Program-made: the position numbers and the translations under genes
Notes under the pieces: model-generated
Told to the model about the DNA's origin: nothing
Database searches by the model: none
What the model saw: the letters and a program-made list of their open reading frames with translations, nothing else
Source: Dehalococcoidia bacterium
GTDB taxonomy: Bacteria > Chloroflexota > Dehalococcoidia > Lucifugimonadales > QGNO01
Length of the DNA: 64,000 nt
Reading direction: 5' to 3'
Assembly (NCBI GenBank): GCA_965116555.1
Contig: OZ220698.1
Span: 1,083,106 to 1,147,105 of the forward strand
Shown: positions 56,445-64,000 of the stretch, one piece after another
Position numbering within the stretch: the stretch's first letter is position 1
Layout of the letters: the number at the start of each line of letters is the position of its first letter

Positions 56445-57869
56445 TCAGGAAACGGGAGGCCTGAATCTTGCCCAGGGCCGCGCCTGTTCAAAGGCGGCGG
56501 AGGCTTGCAGGACTGTTGCTTCAGCGCCCTTATGGCCAATGATCTGCAGGCCCACCGGCATACCATCGCTATTGAAGCCGCAGGGAACGCTGGACGCGGT
56601 GTGCCCGCTCATGTTTATGGGGAACGTGAGCGGAGTGAAGCCCCAGAATGCGCCCACCTCCTTGCCATCAATGATGGTGGGACGCTCCTCCACGGGGAAG
56701 GCCGCCGTAGCCAAGGTAGGCGTAAGCAGCAGGTCATATTGGGTCACTATGTTGTTCATTTGATAACGGTGCCATTCCAGGCCGTGCAGAGCCGAAGCGA
56801 GCCTGGAAGCGGGCCAGGTCACCGCCTCTTCCAGCATCTCCCTGAGCTGGTCGGTGTATTCATCAGCGCGGGTCTCCAGCAACTCGGTATTCACCGCGGC
56901 GTAGTCGGAGAGCCAGATGATCATGAATATGTTGCGCAGATTATCATGGTCTATGGGGACATCCGCCTGCTCAACGGTTGCGCCAAGCTCTTCAAAGACA
57001 TGCGCCGCCTCTTCTGTGATGCGGCGCACTTCCGGGTCTATAGCCAGCGACCCCATGTCGGGGCTCCAGCCTATTCTCAGTCCGGCAACGCCCTTGTCCA
57101 GCTTAGCCGAAAAGTCGGGTGGGTCTTCCTGGAGAGCAATGGCATCCTCCGGGTCAGGGCCGGCCATAACCTGGAGCAGCAGAGCCGTATCCCGCACGGT
57201 GCGGGTCATGGGGCCGTTCTGGGAGAACTGGCCCCATCCGCCGGGACCTTTGTAAGGCCTGGCCACCCTACCCTGCGTGGGTTTGATGCCAAAGGTGCCG
57301 CAGAGGCTGGACGGAATGCGGATTGACCCTCCGCCGTCGCTGCCCTGTGCCAGGGGATGCAACCCGGCGGCAAGCCCTGCTCCGGCGCCTCCGCTGGAAC
57401 CTCCCGACGTACGCTTAGTATCCCAGGGATTGCGGCACGGTTCACCCAGCCTGTTCTCGGTAGTGGCAGAAGCGCCGAACTCAGGAGTATTGGTCTTGCC
57501 CAGAATAACGGCCCCCGCTTCCTTGATGCGTCTGACCACCGGCTCGTCGTTCTGTGGTACAAAGTCTTTGAACAACAAGGAACCCCTGGTCGTGCGCACT
57601 CCCTTGGTCAAGTTGAGGTCCTTGATAGATATGGGGATGCCGTGCAGCGGGCCCAGCGGCTGGCCGGATTGAATGGCAGCCTCCGCCTGCTTAGCGTCTT
57701 GCATCGCTTCGTCGGCGGTGACGGTGAGATAGGCGTTCAGGTTATGGTCCAAAGCCTCGATACGCCGCAGGTAAAGCTCGGTCAGCTCCACAGGCGATAC
57801 CTGCTTGGACGCCATCATGTCGCGCAGTTTCCAAGCCGGAGTAAAAGCTAGCTCTTGATCAGTAGTCAT
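56445..57869 (-). CDS. Amidase signature family protein
   Basis: LHGIPISIKD, SGGSSGG, GSDGGGSIRIP; GGAGG RBS before MTTDQEL. Confidence 0.92.
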   Translation of the reverse strand: MTTDQELAFTPAWKLRDMMASKQVSPVELTELYLRRIEALDHNLNAYLTVTADEAMQDAKQAEAAIQSGQPLGPLHGIPISIKDLNLTKGVRTTRGSLLFKDFVPQNDEPVVRRIKEAGAVILGKTNTPEFGASATTENRLGEPCRNPWDTKRTSGGSSGGAGAGLAAGLHPLAQGSDGGGSIRIPSSLCGTFGIKPTQGRVARPYKGPGGWGQFSQNGPMTRTVRDTALLLQVMAGPDPEDAIALQEDPPDFSAKLDKGVAGLRIGWSPDMGSLAIDPEVRRITEEAAHVFEELGATVEQADVPIDHDNLRNIFMIIWLSDYAAVNTELLETRADEYTDQLREMLEEAVTWPASRLASALHGLEWHRYQMNNIVTQYDLLLTPTLATAAFPVEERPTIIDGKEVGAFWGFTPLTFPINMSGHTASSVPCGFNSDGMPVGLQIIGHKGAEATVLQASAAFEQARPWARFRPPVS

Positions 57870-57984
57870 ACGTGCCTCCCTATCTATTGGCAGCACTAGT
57901 CTAGTTTCTTGAAAGCGCCGCTGCAACAGTTGGATAAAGGGTGGTTTGGGATTATTATTGCCTAGTATTCAAACGGAGGAAGAG

Positions 57985-59070
57985 ATGCTAAAGAGTTTCA
58001 CCATACCAGAAGAGGACATGCTGCTGGTGCAGGAAGCCGACCTTCACCGGACGGTGAGCGCCATCTTTCAAAAACTGAACGTGCCTCAAGCCGATGCCGA
58101 TGTTGGAGCAAGCGTGCTGGTCTCCGCCGACCTAAGGGGTATAGACAGCCACGGTGTATCCAATCAGCTGCGCAAATACGTAGCCGACTACAACGGCGGA
58201 CTCCTAAACCCACGACCCAACGTGAGAATAGTGAGGGAGACGCCGGCCACGGCCAACATAGACTCCGACAGAGGTCTGGGAATCATCACTACGCCCGCCG
58301 CCATGGAGGTCGCCATCCGAAAGGCCCAAAATACGGGGATAGGAATGGTCACGGTGCACAACGGCAAGCACCTGGGCATGGCTTCTTACCATTCAATGAT
58401 GGCGCTGGAGCATGACATGATAGGCGTATGCATGACGAGCACGCGTCCATCAGTACTGCCAACGTTTGGCAGGGAGCCGCGCCTGGGCACCAATCCCATA
58501 GCCGTAGCAGCACCAGCAAAGAGCGAACCTCCGTTTGTGATGGACATAGCCACCAGCGCTGTTGCGTCCAACAAGTTCGACCTGGCAAGGAGACTAGGAA
58601 TCGACGTAGAGGGGGGCTGGCTTTCCGACGAGAACGGAACACCCATCATGGCGCCCTCTCCCCTACCCGACGAGTACCACGGGCTACCGCTGGGCGCTAC
58701 CAGAGAGCTGGGGTCGCACAAGGGGTACGGCCTGGGAGCGGTAGTGGACATCCTGTGCGGCATTCTCTCAGGAAACGGCTCCGGCATGATATCGGGAGCC
58801 GTGGGCAACTATTCGCACATGGTAGCGGCCTATCGTATAGACGCTTTCGCCCCTGTCGACCAGTTCAAGGAGATGATGGACGAATTCCTGCGAACGCTGA
58901 GGGAGACGCCGACCGCTCCAGGTCACGACCGCGTACTTTACCCGGGACTCCCCGAGTACGAGGTGGAACAGGAACGCAAGGCCAATGGCATTCCGCTGCA
59001 CCGCGAGGTAGTGGAGTGGTTCAGAGACATCTGCGGGGAAATGGACATACCGTTCCTGTCGACTGGGTAA
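57985..59070 (+). CDS. Ldh_2 (AllD/ComC-like malate/L-lactate dehydrogenase) family oxidoreductase
   Basis: DLRGIDSHG, LGTNPIAVAAP, DIATS, HKGYGL, YPG. Confidence 0.9.
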   Translation: MLKSFTIPEEDMLLVQEADLHRTVSAIFQKLNVPQADADVGASVLVSADLRGIDSHGVSNQLRKYVADYNGGLLNPRPNVRIVRETPATANIDSDRGLGIITTPAAMEVAIRKAQNTGIGMVTVHNGKHLGMASYHSMMALEHDMIGVCMTSTRPSVLPTFGREPRLGTNPIAVAAPAKSEPPFVMDIATSAVASNKFDLARRLGIDVEGGWLSDENGTPIMAPSPLPDEYHGLPLGATRELGSHKGYGLGAVVDILCGILSGNGSGMISGAVGNYSHMVAAYRIDAFAPVDQFKEMMDEFLRTLRETPTAPGHDRVLYPGLPEYEVEQERKANGIPLHREVVEWFRDICGEMDIPFLSTG

Positions 59071-59206
59071 GTGAGACGGACATGCCATTGTGACAGGCAA
59101 CGGGGCTATTGACTAAACACGTTTTCTGAGATATACCCTAATCGATAATGTGCCGCAGTATGCAACCACGCCTAATACAGTTGCATCTCAGCTTGAAGGA
59201 GGCAAG

Positions 59207-60355
59207 ATGGCTAGTGATTTGAAAGGTTTTGTTGAGGACGCCAAGAAGCTGATTGGCCAAGAGGTTGATGACGTTGCCCCAGGCACCGATCTGGCTGACT
59301 GGCTGACTATCCGCCGATTCTGTGCAGCTTTGGGCGACCCCAACCTGCTGTACAAAGACCCCAGCAGCGGGGTTGCCACCAAGTACAACAGCATGATAGC
59401 TCCTCCCACCTTTGTGGTGGCAGTGAGGACTCCCAACTCGGCAGGCCCCTACGTCAGTAAGCAGTACGGCGTTTCCCCATTCCTCACCCGCGCCTCCTTT
59501 GAATGGAGTGACATCATCCGCGTCGGTGATCGACTGAACAGCAGCATCAAAGTCAGCGGCGCAGGAAACGCCGGGGCAACCTGGGGTCACGACTCTGCCC
59601 ACGTGGAGTCGTCCGTGGTGTACCGCAACTCGTACGGAGGTCTCGTTGGCTGCGCTACGGGCGTCAACACCATGGTGGCTTACGAGCGCGGCAAGGATAT
59701 GATAGAGCCCCGGGAGATCTATCGCTATTCCGACGAAGAAATCAGCCAGATCGAGAACGACATAGAGGCCGAACCCGAACCACGCGGCAAGCTCCTGCGC
59801 TACTGGGACGACGTGGAAGTCGGCGAGAAGCTGCCTCAACTGGTCAAGGGGCCCCTGACGTTGTCCGACATGATGGCCTGGGTGGTGGCTGAAGCCAAGT
59901 CCCTGGCCCTGGGCGCACTTGTCTACCACGACCTGAAGGATAAGTACCCAGGCAGAGTAGTTACCAACCCGACCACCAACTGGCCCTACTGGGACGCCGA
60001 CCAGAGCTTTGAAGACATCCTCTCCTGCCAGGAGATGGGCTTCAAGTCGCCTCCAAGCCGCGGCATTCAGCGCGTATGCCTGGCCGGACAGGTGCTCACT
60101 CACTGGATGGGCGACGACGCTTTTGTTCGCAGCCTTGACATTTGCGTACCGGAGCACTGGCTCTACGGCGACACCATGTGGCTCAACGGTGAAGTAACTC
60201 AGAAGCGCACCGAGCAGGTCGGTTCTGAGACGTACTATGCCGCAGACGTGAAGATCTCCGGAGTCAACCAGCTAGGCGCCACTGTGGCAGAAGGCACGGG
60301 GACCGTGTATCTGCCCAATCCAGGCCACCCGGTAACCCTGCCCATCCCTCACTAA
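59207..60355 (+). CDS. MaoC/FAS1-like double hot-dog protein
   Basis: LGDPNLLY...MIAPPTF, RYWDDVEVGE, HWMGDDAF; GGAGG RBS; TTGACT-17-TATACC upstream. Confidence 0.78.
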   Translation: MASDLKGFVEDAKKLIGQEVDDVAPGTDLADWLTIRRFCAALGDPNLLYKDPSSGVATKYNSMIAPPTFVVAVRTPNSAGPYVSKQYGVSPFLTRASFEWSDIIRVGDRLNSSIKVSGAGNAGATWGHDSAHVESSVVYRNSYGGLVGCATGVNTMVAYERGKDMIEPREIYRYSDEEISQIENDIEAEPEPRGKLLRYWDDVEVGEKLPQLVKGPLTLSDMMAWVVAEAKSLALGALVYHDLKDKYPGRVVTNPTTNWPYWDADQSFEDILSCQEMGFKSPPSRGIQRVCLAGQVLTHWMGDDAFVRSLDICVPEHWLYGDTMWLNGEVTQKRTEQVGSETYYAADVKISGVNQLGATVAEGTGTVYLPNPGHPVTLPIPH

Positions 60356-60495
60356 CAGGGCTAAAGGCAGGTGGCCTGAACCTCTAGGTGGTACTAATTG
60401 AGGTGAACATGGCAAAGCGGCAGCTCATTGATTCTTGGGCTGTCGCTTTGTAGTTATCAAGCTAGTGTGGCGAACATTATGTTGCGAGGTGAAAG

Positions 60496-61827
60496 ATGAG
60501 CGGAGCGCTTGAAGGGGTGCGAATCATAGACTCCACTACCATGGTTGCGATGCCAACGGCGTTGCACATCATGGCGGACATGGGTGCGGAGGTGATCAAG
60601 GTCGACAGCCATACCCTTTTCAGAACGGAGGGTGGAGTATTCCCCGAAAACGATCCCGGCGAAAGGCATTGGGATAGGGACGGCAGCTTCAACACACTGC
60701 AGAGGAGCAAGGTTGGGGTGACCCTGAACCTCAAAGAGGATGACTCCGTTAGAGCCTTCAAAGACATAGTCAGGGTGTCGGACGTGATCATAGAAAACAA
60801 CCGTGCAGGCACCATGGACCGCCTGGGCCTGGGCTATGAAGAGCTCCGTCAGATCAAGCCTGACCTGATATACCTATCCAATACGGGGTTCGGTTATACG
60901 GGGCCCTGGCGGCAGTACGCAGGAATAGGCAGAATGTTCGAGCTGACCTGCGGGCTCAGCCAGTTCGCCGGCTACCCGGAAGAAGGCCCCCGCCGGGTTG
61001 GCATCTCCTTCTTCGATCAGCACGTGGGCTGGATGGCCGTGTTCGCCGTACTGGCCGCGTTGCATCACCGCAATAGCACCGGTGAGGGACAATGGGTGGA
61101 CTTTGCCATGTACCAGATAGGCGTTTCCACAATGGGCGACGCCCTAATGGACTACATCTCCAATGGCCGCAGTGGAAATTCAATGGGCAACAGGCACAAC
61201 TACCTAGCGCCCCATGGGGTCTATCAATGCAAGGGTGAAGATAGGTGGATAGCCATTACGGCTGAGACGGACGATCAATGGGACGCCCTAGTGAGGGAGA
61301 TGGGGTCTCCGGCGTGGGCGGAGGAAGACAGGTTTGCCGATCCCATCTTGCGCTTGCGCAACCAGGATGACCTTGACGGCCATATAAGCGAGTGGACTAA
61401 GGACAAGGACCAGACGGCGCTGATGAACCAGCTCCAGAAGGCCGGCGTTCCGGCCATAGCGGTGATGGACGGCAGGGACTTCACTCTGGACCCTCACATC
61501 AAGGATCGCGAGTTCTTTGAAAGAGTCGCGCACCAACCGGAGACCGGCATTGGAACGCGTCTCTACTTTGGACGGCCTTGGAAGATGTCCAAAACGCCTT
61601 CGTATATACGCAGGCCCGCTCCCATGCTGGGCGAACACAACGAGTACGTATTGAGCGAGCTCCTGGGCATAGACGAGGGTGACATCGCGAGGATGTATGA
61701 GACCAATGCCATAGGAAAGGAGCCGGTCAATCCGGGGAGCGCTAGGCCCACCAACCTTCAGAAGCAAGTGGACGAGGGTGCCGTGGCTGCCATCGATCCG
61801 GACTACAGAAAGAAACTGGGGATTTAG
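60496..61827 (+). CDS. Family III (CaiB/BaiF) CoA-transferase
   Basis: ADMGAEVIKVD, DVIIENNRAG, TGFGYTGP, catalytic Asp in FFDQ, APMLGEHN. Confidence 0.9.
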   Translation: MSGALEGVRIIDSTTMVAMPTALHIMADMGAEVIKVDSHTLFRTEGGVFPENDPGERHWDRDGSFNTLQRSKVGVTLNLKEDDSVRAFKDIVRVSDVIIENNRAGTMDRLGLGYEELRQIKPDLIYLSNTGFGYTGPWRQYAGIGRMFELTCGLSQFAGYPEEGPRRVGISFFDQHVGWMAVFAVLAALHHRNSTGEGQWVDFAMYQIGVSTMGDALMDYISNGRSGNSMGNRHNYLAPHGVYQCKGEDRWIAITAETDDQWDALVREMGSPAWAEEDRFADPILRLRNQDDLDGHISEWTKDKDQTALMNQLQKAGVPAIAVMDGRDFTLDPHIKDREFFERVAHQPETGIGTRLYFGRPWKMSKTPSYIRRPAPMLGEHNEYVLSELLGIDEGDIARMYETNAIGKEPVNPGSARPTNLQKQVDEGAVAAIDPDYRKKLGI

Positions 61828-61832
61828 CAGCT

Positions 61833-63056
61833 ATGACTACAACAACCGGACTGGGAGAATACAAAGTTCTGGATTTGAGCACGGGTATATCCGGGCCGTT
61901 TGCCGCCAGGCTGTTCGGTGATTACGGTTCGGACGTAATCAAAATAGAATCGCCCGGCGTGGGTGACTCGTCCCGGCGGCTTGGACCGTTCCATCATGAC
62001 GAGCCGCACCCGGAGAAGAGCCTGTCCTATTTCTACGTGAACAACAACAAGAGAGGGGTTACCCTAAACCTGGAAACGGCACAGGGCAGAGAGATCTTCA
62101 AAGAGATGCTGAAGAGCGCCGACGGCCTTATAGAAAGTTACGATCCGGGCTACCTGGACAGCCTTGGACTGGGCTACGGGGAGATGGAACAAATAAACCC
62201 GCGCCTTGTGGTGACATCCATCACGCCTTTTGGACAAAGCGGCCCGTACAGGGACTTTCAGGGCAACGATCTTCTGTACCAGGCCATGGGCGGCATCATG
62301 TACACGAGTGGAGCCTACGACCGGGAACCGCTCAAACACGGCCATCCGCAAACACTCTGGATGGGGGGCATCATAGCGGCCTATGCAACGTCGGCGGCGC
62401 TGTTTACGGCGAAAATGAACGGCCAGGGACAAAGCATCGACCTATCTATGGCTGAGGTAGCGGCCTCACACCACTACACCTCTTCCATCAGGTACATCTA
62501 CAACGGCTCAATAGAAAGGCGCGCTCCCAAGATAGAAAGCGGCTCCACCAAGGGCACCAAGTTTGAAGGTATAGTCTCCTCTCAAGACGGGCACATAGGC
62601 CCGACTTTCCAAAAGGGCCGACAACGCGCATCTTTCGCGGAATATGTAGGTCTACTGGGCCGCTCCGACCTGGACGACCCGAGATTTGCCACGGAGGCGG
62701 AGCGTCAGCAGCATCTGGGGGAGATAGACGAGGTTCTGCTGCCGGTGTTAGCGGAGTGGAATAAATTCGACTATTTCAACACCACAATGTCGGAGGGCTT
62801 TGTGGCAGCAGTCGTGCAAACTTCCGAGGACTTGGTGAACTGTCCCCAGCTAGCAGAAAGGGAGTATTTTACGGAGATAGAACATCCCGTAATTGGGAAG
62901 ACCAAGATACCGGGTGAGGTGTTCAGACTGCCCAAAGCGCCGTGGGGCACAAGCCGTCCCGCGCCAGTACTGGGTCAGCATAACGGAGAGATATACTCAG
63001 GCCTTGGATATTCAAAAGATGACCTGCTGCAATTGCGCCGGCAGGGTGTGATCTAG
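61833..63056 (+). CDS. Family III CoA-transferase, second subunit (catalytic Asp apparently absent)
   Basis: GDYGSDVIKIESP, NNNKRG, SITPFGQSGP, APVLGQHN. Confidence 0.88.
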   Translation: MTTTTGLGEYKVLDLSTGISGPFAARLFGDYGSDVIKIESPGVGDSSRRLGPFHHDEPHPEKSLSYFYVNNNKRGVTLNLETAQGREIFKEMLKSADGLIESYDPGYLDSLGLGYGEMEQINPRLVVTSITPFGQSGPYRDFQGNDLLYQAMGGIMYTSGAYDREPLKHGHPQTLWMGGIIAAYATSAALFTAKMNGQGQSIDLSMAEVAASHHYTSSIRYIYNGSIERRAPKIESGSTKGTKFEGIVSSQDGHIGPTFQKGRQRASFAEYVGLLGRSDLDDPRFATEAERQQHLGEIDEVLLPVLAEWNKFDYFNTTMSEGFVAAVVQTSEDLVNCPQLAEREYFTEIEHPVIGKTKIPGEVFRLPKAPWGTSRPAPVLGQHNGEIYSGLGYSKDDLLQLRRQGVI

Positions 63057-63130
63057 CATTACGCCCTGTGGGGCGCGAACCGCTCCTAATATTGCCGAAG
63101 GGGTGACCTACCCGTCTATTCAGGCAAGGC

Positions 63131-63748
63131 CTAGCTTTTAAGGGTGAACGGCGGATAGCGGTCGGTAAGCCCGACAAGCCAAGCGCCCGTCCTGTAGTTC
63201 CAGCGCTGGACCCCAACCACCAAGTCGAACATCCCTCTGGGGTACCTACCGGTTATGAGCACCGCCCAGTAACTTATATAAACGACGACGAATGAGACTA
63301 AGCCCAGGGCGTAGAGAATTATAAGGTGTGGAATGAGCAGAAGCGCCTTGAGCAGGAAAAGCGCCCCAAGGAGCGCCAGTCCTCTGGATGAGGCATCCGG
63401 ATAGTCCACCTCTAAGTTTGCGGGGTAGTCCACCGCGCCCAGGCTGAACGGCGGGTATTTGTCCACAGTGCCGTACATCCATGAGTCCGTCCTCGCGCTC
63501 CATCGTTGGATGCCGAGTACGAAGGCGAAGAGGCCCTGTGGGTAGCTGCCGGTTATGAGCACCGCCCAGTAGCCAATGTAGAAGACGACGAAGGCGACAA
63601 TTCCGAGAACGGAGAGAATTATAATGTGTGGAATGAGTAGAAGCGCTTTGAGAAAAAAAAGCGCCCCAAGGAGCGCCAGTCCTCTGGATGGGGCATCCGG
63701 ATAGTCCACCTCAAACCGAACGGGATATCCACTGTCTGCTGACTGCAT
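63131..63748 (-). CDS. DUF4389 domain membrane protein (two tandem repeats)
   Basis: Twice LLLIPH.IIL...WAVLITG.YP...D.YPPF; AGGAG RBS before MQSAD. Confidence 0.85.
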   Translation of the reverse strand: MQSADSGYPVRFEVDYPDAPSRGLALLGALFFLKALLLIPHIIILSVLGIVAFVVFYIGYWAVLITGSYPQGLFAFVLGIQRWSARTDSWMYGTVDKYPPFSLGAVDYPANLEVDYPDASSRGLALLGALFLLKALLLIPHLIILYALGLVSFVVVYISYWAVLITGRYPRGMFDLVVGVQRWNYRTGAWLVGLTDRYPPFTLKS

Positions 63749-63793
63749 AGCTCTCCTCCTCTCCCGGTAGACAGATTCGTCCACAACTAAGCA

Positions 63794-63868
63794 TGGTACC
63801 CCTGGGCGGACTCGAACCGCCGCACCTGGCTCCGGAGGCCAGCGCTCTATCCACTGAGCTACAGGGGC
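63794..63868 (-). tRNA. tRNA-Arg (CCG)
   Basis: GCCCCTGTAGCTCAGTGGATAGAGC-CTGGC-CTCCGGA-GCCAG...GGTTCGAGTCC...CAGGGGTACCA. Confidence 0.95.
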
Positions 63869-63937
63869 AACAGTGGTTCAATATAGCAACGGGCGACCAC
63901 AAATTTCAAGTATTCGCCACATTTGAGCCATTTGAGC

Positions 63938-64000
63938 CTACGTCTGCTTCACCACGCGCACTTTGCGGACCCTGCGGCCACTGGTGGATACAACCAGGAA
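63938..64000 (-). CDS. 3' end of a gene entering from outside the window, possibly a CorC/HlyC transporter-associated domain
   Basis: FLVVSTSGRRVRKVRVVKQT-stop; only 20 codons visible. Confidence 0.45.
   Translation of the reverse strand, partial: FLVVSTSGRRVRKVRVVKQT

Noticed and set aside
60471-60486. LexA box upstream of the CoA-transferase
   Set aside because: The spacer is 5 nt and the right half is GTTG, so it does not fit GAAC-N4-GTTC.

Overview
A roughly 60% GC bacterial chromosomal segment. It most likely comes from Chloroflexota/Dehalococcoidia (SAR202-like) and possibly a sponge associate. This is inferred from the Dehalococcoides-type LexA box, the expanded amidase/CoA-transferase/double-hotdog paralogues, the Pro/Thr-stalk lipoproteins and a plant-type LRR protein. 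Housekeeping content: ispH, hppA, glyQS, frdABCD, sbcD, folKP, acnA, plsY, tRNA-Pro(UGG) and tRNA-Arg(CCG). Catabolic genes are interleaved with a dense set of co-oriented, nested palindromic intergenic repeats. Signals the ORF track misses: (1) a sulfurtransferase with UGA at its catalytic Cys followed immediately by a SECIS-like hairpin (probable selenoprotein); (2) two inverted copies, 14.6 kb apart, of a ~180-bp hairpin element with an 11-6-11 Xer/dif-like core, each upstream of a DNA-repair gene; (3) transposase-less cassettes with terminal inverted repeats (one with an exact 8-bp target duplication), plus genes bracketed by long direct repeats; (4) a type II R-M system whose promoter palindrome carries GGWCC sites; (5) a non-canonical ATC/ATA start for ispH; (6) LexA- and Rex-like operators. 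All family assignments come from motif recognition by eye, not database searches.
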